Below, in pieces: positions 38,603-47,740 of a stretch of 64,000 nt of DNA. Position 1 is the stretch's first letter. Each line of letters starts with the position of its first letter. The notes beneath the pieces were generated by a model. The model saw only the letters and a program-made list of their open reading frames with translations. It did no database searches and had not been told where the DNA came from. The stretch is from Patescibacteria group bacterium (GTDB lineage: Bacteria > Patescibacteriota > UBA1384 > 2-12-FULL-50-11): NCBI GenBank assembly GCA_022843855.1, contig JALHMV010000001.1, positions 2,780 to 66,779 of the forward strand, written 5' to 3'. The translations under genes and the position numbers were made by a program.

Positions 38603-39351
38603 TGGGCAAGCCGACTCGCTCCCAGCGACGTCTGGTAATTTGGGTGAGCCTGATCGTCTACGCCGTACTGATCAGTTGGTTATTTCGAGAGCGTTACAGC
38701 GTGGTACGCGTCGAAGAAGCGCCGCCTAACCCCGTAGTAGTTTCGCAGCCAGAGCCGCAAAGGACCCCTGTCGCACCAACGGTACCGGCATCGGCGCTGC
38801 TTGAAGTCCCGTTCATGGTTCAGGCACCATTTGGAGTGTGGGATGCTCTCCACCAGGAAACATGCGAGGAGGCGAGTTTAATGATGGTTCACGCCTTTCG
38901 AACTGAAAGGTCGCTCGGCACGCTCCAGACGATCGACGACGAGCTAAAAGCTCTGGTTGCGTGGCAGACCGCCAGAGGGTATGAGTACGATGTGACGTTG
39001 GCAGAGTTATCGCGTATCGCTCGGGATTACTACAGTATGAACACAGGACGGATTATTACCAATCCCACCGTTACGGATATTCAATCCGAAATTGCCGCCG
39101 GCCGCCCGGTTATTGTCCCGGCCGCTGGGCGACTACTTGAAAATCCAAACTTTACGCGCGGCGGCCCGCCGTATCATATGTTGGTTGTGCGAGGTTACGA
39201 CGCCAACGGATTTATCACCAACGATCCGGGGACCCGACGTGGAGAGAAGTTTCGATACTCGTACAAGAATCTCATGGATTCGATCCGCGACTGGACCGGC
39301 AGTAAGGCAACGATCTTGTCGGGAGCGAAAGCGGTTCTTGTCTTTGACTAA
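38602..39351 (+). CDS. Peptidase_C39_2-like domain protein
   Basis: TGATG overlap with the previous gene. N-terminal TM, then VPFMVQAPFGVWDALHQETCEEASLMMV...YHMLVVRGYD...ITNDP. Confidence 0.55.
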   Translation: MGKPTRSQRRLVIWVSLIVYAVLISWLFRERYSVVRVEEAPPNPVVVSQPEPQRTPVAPTVPASALLEVPFMVQAPFGVWDALHQETCEEASLMMVHAFRTERSLGTLQTIDDELKALVAWQTARGYEYDVTLAELSRIARDYYSMNTGRIITNPTVTDIQSEIAAGRPVIVPAAGRLLENPNFTRGGPPYHMLVVRGYDANGFITNDPGTRRGEKFRYSYKNLMDSIRDWTGSKATILSGAKAVLVFD

Positions 39352-39381
39352 CGGGCACGCCTTGTTTAGACTGCCATCAAT

Positions 39382-40422
39382 ATGCTGAACCGGCTTTTCG
39401 GTGCGTTTTCTCAAGATGTGGGGATTGACCTTGGAACGGCCAATACCCTGGTTTACGTTCGCGGGAAGGGCATCGTTATTAACGAGCCTTCGGTTGTCGC
39501 CTTAAACCAAAAGACGAAACAGATTCTAGCGATCGGTCACGAAGCGCAGGTAATGGTGGGTAAAACACCGAGCCATATCGTTGCGACGCGACCGCTTGTC
39601 GACGGTGTTGTCTCCGACTTCGAAGTAACCGAGCAGATGCTCAAGTACTTTATCGACCGTGTTCACAAGGAAGGCTTCTCACTTCTGCCGAGACCGCGCG
39701 TTGTGATTGGTATCCCATACGGCGTGACAGAAGTGGAGCGTCGCGCCGTTGAAGAGGCTGCGATGAACGCCGGCGCGAGACAGGCTTTCCTGATCGAAGA
39801 ACCAGTTGCGGCGGCTATCGGAGCGCGCTTACCGATTCAAGAGGCGGTGGGAAGTATGATCGTTGATATCGGCGGCGGTACGACTGAAGTAGCCGTTATC
39901 TCGATGGGCGGGATCGTCGCGTCTCGTTCGGTTCGCACAGCGGGAGACGAGATGAACCAAGACATTATTAATTTCGCTCGAGACAACTTCAACCTACTGC
40001 TCGGAGAGCGTACTGCCGAGAGTATCAAGATTGAAATCGGCTCAGCTTTCCCTTTGCGTGAAAAGTTGGAGAAGCCGATGCGCGGCCGTGATTTGGTGAC
40101 TGGATTGCCGCGCGAAGTCGTTATTAACGACGAACAGGTGCGCCGGGCGCTTTCGAAGTCGATTACGACTGTTGTCGAAGCGGTAAAAGTGACGATCGAA
40201 GAGACCCCCCCGGAATTGCTCGCCGATATTATGGAGCGTGGGATAGTTCTAGCTGGTGGCGGCGCCTTGCTTCGCGAGCTAGACACCCTTATCTCCCAAG
40301 CCACCCAAACAAAAGTTTTTATCGCCGACGACCCGCTGACGTGTGTTGCTCGAGGGACCGGTGTGGTGCTGGAGGATCTCGAAACGCTTGAGTCGGTCTT
40401 GCTCTCAAGCGCCCTCAAGTGA
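39382..40422 (+). CDS. mreB: rod shape-determining protein MreB
   Basis: IGIDLGTANTLVYV, DIGGGTTEVAVIS and VLAGGGALL; 346 aa. Confidence 0.95.
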   Translation: MLNRLFGAFSQDVGIDLGTANTLVYVRGKGIVINEPSVVALNQKTKQILAIGHEAQVMVGKTPSHIVATRPLVDGVVSDFEVTEQMLKYFIDRVHKEGFSLLPRPRVVIGIPYGVTEVERRAVEEAAMNAGARQAFLIEEPVAAAIGARLPIQEAVGSMIVDIGGGTTEVAVISMGGIVASRSVRTAGDEMNQDIINFARDNFNLLLGERTAESIKIEIGSAFPLREKLEKPMRGRDLVTGLPREVVINDEQVRRALSKSITTVVEAVKVTIEETPPELLADIMERGIVLAGGGALLRELDTLISQATQTKVFIADDPLTCVARGTGVVLEDLETLESVLLSSALK

Positions 40423-41228
40423 TGAGAGAGGTAAGCCGTTTACGGAAGTGGCTCGGACGACGAAGTACCCTTGTCGGCATCGTGATTGCGCTCATCCTCC
40501 TTGGGCAGTTTAGTTTTTTTCAACCAGTTCGCGATTTGCTTCGCACCTCGATTAGCGGCCCCGCCTCGATCGTCAGTAACTTGGGTGATCGGATGAAGTC
40601 AGCGTTCTCCGTTCTATTTACCGTCAACGATCTAGCCCGTGAGAATACCCAGCTCAAAGAACACATAATTGCTCGCGATGCTGAGATTGCTCAACTCCTC
40701 TTTGCTCGCGGAGAGAACGAGCGTCTAAAGCTCGACCTCCAGTTTCAACAAGCTCGCAGCGATCTGCAGACTATTGCCGCGTCAGTCGTCAACTTTTCTC
40801 CAACAGCAATTTTCCAAACCCTCACGATCAACCGCGGTGCACGAGACGGTATTGCGCGCGGTCAGGCGGTGGTTTCGGGCGGATTCTTGATCGGCAAGAT
40901 CGATGCGGTTTCGGAATCGACCGCTCAAGTCTGGTTGCTGAGTAATCGCAACTTAGTTACGCCAGTTATGTTGGCGGACAGTCAAACTATTGGCCTCCTC
41001 AAGGGAAGTATCCGAGGGCTAGTGGTTGAAAACATCCCGCTCGATACACGAGTCGAAAAGGGTAGCTCGGTCGTCACATCGGCCCTCGAGGGTTTGTACC
41101 CAGCAGGAATCGCTGTCGGATCTGTTGAAGAGATCATATCTTCAAAAGAAGAAATCTTCCTTACACTTCGAATAAGTTCACCGATTAACTCGAGCAACTT
41201 AACGAGCGTTCTGGTCGTAAAGCAGTAA
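40419..41228 (+). CDS. mreC: rod shape-determining protein MreC
   Basis: N-terminal TM, coiled coil and C-terminal beta domain (VVTSALEGLYPAGIAVG). Confidence 0.8.
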   Translation: MMREVSRLRKWLGRRSTLVGIVIALILLGQFSFFQPVRDLLRTSISGPASIVSNLGDRMKSAFSVLFTVNDLARENTQLKEHIIARDAEIAQLLFARGENERLKLDLQFQQARSDLQTIAASVVNFSPTAIFQTLTINRGARDGIARGQAVVSGGFLIGKIDAVSESTAQVWLLSNRNLVTPVMLADSQTIGLLKGSIRGLVVENIPLDTRVEKGSSVVTSALEGLYPAGIAVGSVEEIISSKEEIFLTLRISSPINSSNLTSVLVVKQ

Positions 41229-41704
41229 TGGCTCTATTGCAGCTTAGTCTCATTGTCCTCGTGGCGGTCATTGACTTCGGGTTGCTGGGCCGACAAAGTA
41301 ACGATTTTTTCAGTGCGACGGTGGGATTGATTGTTGTTTGGGCTTTCACCTGGTTTGGGTCGCCGCATGAGGCGTTGCGCCTAACCCTGCTCCTCGGTGG
41401 TACATACGCACTGATCGGCTTTCTACCGCTATTGGCTTGGCCGATTATCTTTGTTGGTGCGTACGGGATAACCTATTTTCTCAAGCAACGCTTCTTCGAA
41501 CTCTCATCTTTTCCGTTAGCGCTCCTCACGCTGGCAATCGTTTCCGTATGGTTGGGGGTGATACTCAGTGTCTTTTCTCAGTCGTTCACGATTGGCTTAA
41601 TTGTCGGTGGAGCAATTGCTAATGTGATGTACGGAGCCGTTATCTACTATGCTCTTGGGGCACGGTTTAAATTTCTCCAACGGTGGGCGGGGCGAAGATT
41701 ATGA
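41228..41704 (+). CDS. mreD: rod shape-determining protein MreD (membrane)
   Basis: Small polytopic membrane protein in the canonical position between mreC and pbp2. Confidence 0.55.
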   Translation: MALLQLSLIVLVAVIDFGLLGRQSNDFFSATVGLIVVWAFTWFGSPHEALRLTLLLGGTYALIGFLPLLAWPIIFVGAYGITYFLKQRFFELSSFPLALLTLAIVSVWLGVILSVFSQSFTIGLIVGGAIANVMYGAVIYYALGARFKFLQRWAGRRL

Positions 41705-43734
41705 TGTTAAGAAAATTGCTAACTTTTTTAATGGTCAAGCGGTCGCTCGTTCGACCGAGCGACCGCGGAATCTTTGATCCCTTTTTGCCTATCACGTCTC
41801 TGAAGCGAATTGAAAACGAGTTTCAGGCAGACTACGAACTGGCTGATCAGAAGAACGACTATCGCAATACCGGTACTGGAACGGTTGACAGTCTCAGTTA
41901 CGAAGAGCGTATCGAGTCGCCGCCGGCCTTCCTAGGCTTTCGGCTCGTAAGCGTTGTCATTGCCCTCATTCTTGGTTGGCGTCTAGTCGGCTTACAGATA
42001 ACAAAAGGGGCAGAGAACTTCTCCCGAGCAGAGGGTAATCGGCTCGAGACACAGCCGACACTCGCTCCTCGAGGGCTCTTGTATGACCGCAAAGGTGTGC
42101 CGCTCGTTCAAAACCGACCGAGTTTCTCTGTGGTGTTTCGTCCAGCTGAATACCCTCGAACCGAAGCTGATCGAGCTACTTTTATTAACCGTCTTGCGAC
42201 GGTACTCGATCGGTCGTCGGACGAAGTGCGGCAGAGGATCGAGTCCTCGCTCCGACGTGATCAGGTGACGCTTGAAGAGGGCATCGATCGCAATCGAGCG
42301 CTCTCTCTTGAACTTCGCCTAACCGAACTAACCGGCGTGACTCTCGAAAAAGCCCCGAGTCGTTATTACGGTGATGTGCCGGGACTCGGTCACCTGGTCG
42401 GCTATATCAGCAAGGTCACGGCCGAAGATCTGAAGAAGCGTCCCGACCTTCTCCCGACCGCCTTTCTTGGAAAGAGCGGGGTTGAAGCGAGCTATGATGA
42501 ATATCTTCAGGGAATTGCCGGGGCTGAGACGCTTGAGATCGATGCGCTCGGTCGAGCAATCAGGCCGATCGGTTCCAAGCCGCCCACCGCCGGTAAGTCG
42601 CTCGTTCTTGGTCTTGATAGCGATCTTCAACGCGTTACCGCCCAAGCGCTTGGGGAGGCGATCCAAAAGAATAACGCCACCAGCGGTGCGGCTGTGGTTC
42701 TCGATGTTAGAACTGGTGATGTCCTCAGTATGGTTAGCTTCCCGATGTTTGATAACAATCTCTTCTCGCCGGCAGTGAGTTCGTCTGATCGTCAACGTAT
42801 CCTGACCGATCCCGGCGCCCCACTGATTAACCGCGCCATTGCCGGCCAGTACCCGTCCGGGTCTACTATCAAGCCATTTGTTGCTGCTGCAGCGTTAGCC
42901 GAAAAGACCATCTCTGATTCGACTGTCCTTGATACGTCAGAAGGAAAAATCGTCGTAGGTCAGACAACGTTTTCTGACTGGAAGACCCATGGTCGAACCG
43001 CCGTCCGCCAGGCGATCGCAGAGAGTAATAACATATTCTTTTTTGCGCTCGGTGGCGGCTACAAACAAATTCCCGGACTCGGTATCGATCGACTTAAGAG
43101 TTACCTGGAGCGCTTCGGTTTCGGCAGCGCGACCGGTATCGATCTGGGTTCGGGATCCGAAACAAAAGGCCTTGTTCCGAACCCAGATTGGAAAAAAAGA
43201 ATCAAAAAAGAGAGTTGGTTTCTTGGCGATACCTATAACACCTCAATTGGACAAGGAAATCTGCTCGTTACCCCGCTTCAACTTACCCGAGCAACCGCGG
43301 CTATTGCTAACGGGGGCACGCTGTACCGGCCGCGGGTGGTCAAAACGATTCTTGGAACAGGGGGCGATGCTGGCCAGGATCTAGTACCGGTCATTGACCG
43401 ATCGTCGGTTGTCGATGGTTCTGTACTGACCGTTGTTCGTGAAGGCATGCGTCAAACTGTTGTTAGCGGCTCTGCCCGCCCCTTCAATGTATTGCCAGTT
43501 GAGGTGGCGGCCAAGACGGGTACTGCCCAAACATCAAAGTCCAAGGATAAAACTCATTCGTGGTTCACGGCCTTCGCTCCGTACGCTGTACCAGAGATTG
43601 CCATTTCCGTTATTGTTGAGGGTGGCGGTGAGGGTTCGGCAGTCGCTGCACCGGTTGCGCGTAATATTATCGAGCGCTATTTTAATCTCCCTCTCACACC
43701 CATTGTTCCAGCTCCCCCCAGCACACCAGAGTAA
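41701..43734 (+). CDS. mrdA: penicillin-binding protein 2 (peptidoglycan D,D-transpeptidase)
   Basis: SxxK motif GSTIKPF, SxN motif and KTGTAQ; TM near the N-terminus. Confidence 0.85.
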   Translation: MMLRKLLTFLMVKRSLVRPSDRGIFDPFLPITSLKRIENEFQADYELADQKNDYRNTGTGTVDSLSYEERIESPPAFLGFRLVSVVIALILGWRLVGLQITKGAENFSRAEGNRLETQPTLAPRGLLYDRKGVPLVQNRPSFSVVFRPAEYPRTEADRATFINRLATVLDRSSDEVRQRIESSLRRDQVTLEEGIDRNRALSLELRLTELTGVTLEKAPSRYYGDVPGLGHLVGYISKVTAEDLKKRPDLLPTAFLGKSGVEASYDEYLQGIAGAETLEIDALGRAIRPIGSKPPTAGKSLVLGLDSDLQRVTAQALGEAIQKNNATSGAAVVLDVRTGDVLSMVSFPMFDNNLFSPAVSSSDRQRILTDPGAPLINRAIAGQYPSGSTIKPFVAAAALAEKTISDSTVLDTSEGKIVVGQTTFSDWKTHGRTAVRQAIAESNNIFFFALGGGYKQIPGLGIDRLKSYLERFGFGSATGIDLGSGSETKGLVPNPDWKKRIKKESWFLGDTYNTSIGQGNLLVTPLQLTRATAAIANGGTLYRPRVVKTILGTGGDAGQDLVPVIDRSSVVDGSVLTVVREGMRQTVVSGSARPFNVLPVEVAAKTGTAQTSKSKDKTHSWFTAFAPYAVPEIAISVIVEGGGEGSAVAAPVARNIIERYFNLPLTPIVPAPPSTPE

Positions 43735-43735
43735 G

Positions 43736-43820
43736 TTGTACGAAGTTACATAAATATATACTATTTCTAATGATGTAATAGGTTTATCGTATTATTGTAA
43801 TGGTTACTTTTGTACGAAGT
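43736..43820. promoter_or_regulatory. AT-rich region with 11 bp direct repeat TTGTACGAAGT (copies at 43736 and 43810) upstream of the cdaR-like gene
   Basis: Two copies 74 bp apart bracket TGTAAT-containing -10-like elements. Candidate operator/promoter. Confidence 0.35.
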
Positions 43821-43839
43821 CATAGTTATAGGGAGGAAT

Positions 43840-44997
43840 ATGTCGCCATACTTACTGACACGATTGTTTGAGAATCTTAAACAGATTGTTAATCGACCGA
43901 TTGCCGTTACCGACAGGAGCGGTCGGATTAATTCAGAGGCCAACGATCTAACCAAGAAGAAGTCGTATGTTTTTGCCGAAGCGGTAACACCTGACTCGGA
44001 CACTGTTCTTATCGATGGAGAGAAAGAGCTTGTTGGTATCCCAATCTATGTCGACGCTCGTTTCTATGCAGTGGTCGTTGTTGCCGCCGAACCACACGAT
44101 GAGATTATCTCTATCATTCGGAGTCTGAGTGATTTGGTCATCCACCAGTTTCTCGTCTCGTTTCGACCGCGTCCTGATGCGGTTGATTTGTTGATGACAC
44201 GAGTAGCGTATAAGCCGCTTACTATTGATGGCACTGAGTTCGAGGAACAGCTGACAGCCCTTGGCTACCAGGCCGACCTTCCGCGCGCTGCTCTGGTTCT
44301 TGAGCTCAGAGGATTTTGGGATAATTATCTACAGACAGCCGGTGCGCCTCTTGGGGACAGAAGCGATCTTATTGCCGCAAAAAAACGTGACATTGAGCAT
44401 ACTCTCAACAGCTTCTTCAGTAAAAGCACTGATAATCTTGTTGGCTACCTTGGTAGGGATAACTTTTTGGTCTTAAAAGACCTACGAGACACCGACTACG
44501 ATGGTTTCTGTGCGCTTCTTCAGAAACATTTTCAAGCGATAACTCAGCCGCTAACCAACGTGTACATCAAGGAGGTTACAATTGGTATCGGTACGCCAGC
44601 GAGTTCGGCGGCGAGTTTGCTTGGATCCGTCCAAGAGGCCCTCCAGATTCTCAGGATCGGCCGACGGATGGTTGGGCCAAGTCAAGCTCATCAATTTGAA
44701 GGTCTCGGAGTACTCCCCCTCCTTCTCTCTGGCACCGATGAACAAAAATCGACATATGCCCTACATCTCTTTGATGCCCTCAACGACCCAGAACTATCAG
44801 AAACCCTCGAGGTTTTCCTGGCCGAGAGTCTAAATTTGACCAAAACAGCGGAGACTTTGAATGTGCACCGAAATACGGTGATTTACCGATTAGATAAAAT
44901 CACAGACTTGCTCGGTCGTGACCCTCGACGCTTCACTGATGCCGTCGAGCTTTACATCGGTAATTTATTTCGAAAAGTCTTCCGTCAAGAGAATTAG
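43840..44997 (+). CDS. CdaR/PucR family transcriptional regulator
   Basis: C-terminal PucR-type HTH LNLTKTAETLNVHRNTVIYRLDKI. RBS GGGAGG before the ATG at 43840. The listed ORF starts at a TTG at 43810. Confidence 0.7.
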   Translation: MSPYLLTRLFENLKQIVNRPIAVTDRSGRINSEANDLTKKKSYVFAEAVTPDSDTVLIDGEKELVGIPIYVDARFYAVVVVAAEPHDEIISIIRSLSDLVIHQFLVSFRPRPDAVDLLMTRVAYKPLTIDGTEFEEQLTALGYQADLPRAALVLELRGFWDNYLQTAGAPLGDRSDLIAAKKRDIEHTLNSFFSKSTDNLVGYLGRDNFLVLKDLRDTDYDGFCALLQKHFQAITQPLTNVYIKEVTIGIGTPASSAASLLGSVQEALQILRIGRRMVGPSQAHQFEGLGVLPLLLSGTDEQKSTYALHLFDALNDPELSETLEVFLAESLNLTKTAETLNVHRNTVIYRLDKITDLLGRDPRRFTDAVELYIGNLFRKVFRQEN

Positions 44998-45398
44998 CTT
45001 GCGAGCTGCCGGTGAATAATCTCGACCATCTCGTCAGGAGTGTGGTAGGACTTGACGAGGTAATCGACGGCCCCCAGAGATATGGCGAGCTGCTTATCTT
45101 TGTCCGACTGCTCACTGCCGAGATTGGTCAGAACGATGACCGGGATGTCGCGAGTGTCGACGTTTGCCTTCAGACGACGGAGAACCTCAAACCCATTCAT
45201 GCCGGGCAGGAGAATATCCAGCAAGATGAGGTCGATTGGGTTGCGCGAACAGGCGAGCAGAGCCTCTTCTCCGGTCTCCGCGGTTCTAACATTGAAGTCC
45301 TCCTCCGCAAAACGCTCTTCGTAGAGATCGATGAGGAGCGGCTCATCTTCCACTAATAACACTGTCTTACGTTCGTCCCTCGTCCTCTGCTTAGTCAT
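44994..45398 (-). CDS. stand-alone response regulator receiver domain (CheY-like)
   Basis: VLLVEDEPLL...LILLDILLPGMNG...PVIVLT..., 134 aa, no output domain. Confidence 0.8.
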   Translation of the reverse strand: MTKQRTRDERKTVLLVEDEPLLIDLYEERFAEEDFNVRTAETGEEALLACSRNPIDLILLDILLPGMNGFEVLRRLKANVDTRDIPVIVLTNLGSEQSDKDKQLAISLGAVDYLVKSYHTPDEMVEIIHRQLAS

Positions 45399-47022
45399 TA
45401 ACTAACTCCTCACTGCTATTTAATCGAACACTAAACGTTGTTCCCTTGCCTATTCTACTCGATAGCGTGATCTTTCCACCGAGTTTTTCTACAAATGACT
45501 TAACGATAAATAGTCCGAGTCCGCTGCCTGACTCCCGGATTTCAACAGTATTGTGAGTCCTGCGGAACTTCTCAAATATTGATGCGTAGTTTTTGGAGCT
45601 TATTCCAATACCGCTGTCTCGAACATGGGTAATAATAAACGTTTGATCCTGACTCCTCGATCTCTCAAACCAAACATCAATAGCACCGCGCGGTGTGTAC
45701 TTGATCGCGTTGTCGATAAGGTTTTCAAATATTTGCTGTACTTTCTCTTCATCACCAACAACCCAGGTAACAAAGTTTGGGGAGGTGTAGTTCAGTAGCA
45801 GGTCCTTTGCGAGCGCTTTTGGGGTGAGATCGCGAACGACTTTACTAACCACGACTGCTAGGTTGATCGGTCTCAGGTTGAGACGCAAGCGATCTTCTTC
45901 GACTTGCACCGACAGCAGCAGATCCTCGGCGAGCTTGATGAGCCGATTGTTGGCAGCCGTTGCTCGCTCCAGATATCCTTTGTGCTTATCACTGAGCGAT
46001 GAGGCGTCTCGCTCCATCAAGCTGAGATAGCCTTTGATCGCAGTGATCGGTGTACGCAGCTCATGAGTGGCAATCGAGATAAACTCGTTTTTACGCTCTT
46101 CGAGTAATTTATGTTCGGTTACGTCACGAGCGAGAAGAATATACTGGTGAACTTGCTGATTGTGGTCACGAATAGCTGACCCAGCCAGTTCAACCCATCT
46201 CTGCACCCGACTCTTCGAGAGTAGTCCAATCTCCTGTCGGAACAGGTTCTCTCTCGGCTGTTCCGTGAGCTGGCTGAGAGCTGATCGAAGTGTATCGCCA
46301 TTATCGGCTGGTGTCAGGATAGAAAAGATCGATTGTCCAACGGCCGCGGCAGGGGACCACCCAGTCAGTCGCTGCATCGGCCTATTCCAGTACTTGATGA
46401 CGAACTGGTCGTCAAGGATCGCCATGCCTTCACTGAGCTGACGGGTGAGGGAGGCGACGCTCTCAGCTTCCCGGCGAATTTGTTCGGCGAGATCCTGATT
46501 CTGTAAACCGAGTCCGATCAGACGGCTGACTAAGCGCAGATACGCAAGCCGTTCTTCTGAAAACGGGCTTCGCAAGAGGAGGACTAATCGATAACCAGTT
46601 TTCGCCTCGCCGAGGCTCATCGCAAAAATGCATCGACACCGCTCGTTGAGCCAGGGGTCGGCCGCTGTTATCTTCTCTTGGACCGTTCGTCGAGAGTTAA
46701 TCAGCCGTTGCAGTATCGGTAATTCGATCAGTGCCTGTGAACGTTTTCTACTGATGGTCGTTGCCAGCACTTCTTGGGAGCGTTTCGTGTCGTGGATAAC
46801 GATGGCGCTATGAATATCTTCTAATCGGGTGAGGCTGAGGACAAGTCTCCCGAGGATAGTCCGGCGGTCGCCTTTGCCGTCGGTGACGAGCGTAAGGATC
46901 GCCGCCTCTTGTCTGGACGGCAACTCCAATGGTTCGCCGCGTTGCAACCGATGGAGTAACTGTTCCCAACCAGGAAGACGAGGTGTGTGTGGCGAGATTC
47001 TCATCGACGCTGAGTATACCAA
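45391..47022 (-). CDS. sensor histidine kinase with PAS domain
   Basis: H-box ATHELRTPITAIKGY, HATPase N/G boxes (IDNAIKYT, DSGIGI, GSGLGL), and a PAS-like ILDDQFVIKYWNRPMQRLTGW. Confidence 0.85.
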   Translation of the reverse strand: MVYSASMRISPHTPRLPGWEQLLHRLQRGEPLELPSRQEAAILTLVTDGKGDRRTILGRLVLSLTRLEDIHSAIVIHDTKRSQEVLATTISRKRSQALIELPILQRLINSRRTVQEKITAADPWLNERCRCIFAMSLGEAKTGYRLVLLLRSPFSEERLAYLRLVSRLIGLGLQNQDLAEQIRREAESVASLTRQLSEGMAILDDQFVIKYWNRPMQRLTGWSPAAAVGQSIFSILTPADNGDTLRSALSQLTEQPRENLFRQEIGLLSKSRVQRWVELAGSAIRDHNQQVHQYILLARDVTEHKLLEERKNEFISIATHELRTPITAIKGYLSLMERDASSLSDKHKGYLERATAANNRLIKLAEDLLLSVQVEEDRLRLNLRPINLAVVVSKVVRDLTPKALAKDLLLNYTSPNFVTWVVGDEEKVQQIFENLIDNAIKYTPRGAIDVWFERSRSQDQTFIITHVRDSGIGISSKNYASIFEKFRRTHNTVEIRESGSGLGLFIVKSFVEKLGGKITLSSRIGKGTTFSVRLNSSEELVND

Positions 47023-47097
47023 CTAAGAAAGCGTATCCAATAGATAACCTTGAAGTTGTCTCAGCAATTGGATGTCTCGCCAAGGGGGGTTTACACC

Positions 47098-47127
47098 TTG
47101 ACACGCTAAAATACCTATTGCTAAAAT
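47098..47127 (+). promoter_or_regulatory. candidate sigma70 promoter for greA
   Basis: TTGACA, an 18 nt spacer, then TAAAAT. Confidence 0.35.
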
Positions 47128-47228
47128 CTCTCTGATACAGCGATTGTAGCTTCTTTATGGACGGGGCCATTTTCGACCATATTTGTTAGGCTCGTAACGA
47201 TGGTTATTGATTAAGAAAGGCAATAAGA

Positions 47229-47696
47229 ATGAAAAGAGAGATACTTATTACTCAGGAAGGCTTAGAGAAGCTTGAATCAGAGCTCAGAGAACTCGTCGAA
47301 GAGCGGCGTCCAGATGTCATATCTCGCATAAAATCAGCCAAAGAGCTGGGCGACCTCAGTGAGAACGCTGAGTATTCCTCAGCCAAAGATGAGCAATCGT
47401 TCATTGAAGGTCGTATTCAGGAGCTTGAGGACGTTATTAAGCACGCCAAGGTGGTGGCCGATAGCGCCCGCTCAAACGATAAGACTATCCGTGTTGGCTC
47501 AAAAGTAACCGTTAAAGTAGAAGGCGATACTGATCAATACGAACTCGTTGGCCCCGCCGAGTCTGATCCTGCCAAGGGCAAAATCTCGACCGACTCACCC
47601 GTTGGAAAAGCACTTCTTGGTCACAAAGAGAAGGACGTCGTTAAGGTTAAGACGCCAGACGGTGAAGTTGCGTATACGGTTGTCGGCGTTGCCTAA
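47229..47696 (+). CDS. greA: transcription elongation factor GreA
   Basis: N-terminal coiled coil with acidic tip (ELGDLSENAEY) and a C-terminal FKBP-like domain. Confidence 0.9.
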   Translation: MKREILITQEGLEKLESELRELVEERRPDVISRIKSAKELGDLSENAEYSSAKDEQSFIEGRIQELEDVIKHAKVVADSARSNDKTIRVGSKVTVKVEGDTDQYELVGPAESDPAKGKISTDSPVGKALLGHKEKDVVKVKTPDGEVAYTVVGVA

Positions 47697-47740
47697 CTTT
47701 TCTTGGTTCTCTCGAAGCCGTCTGCTACACTACGGGGGCA

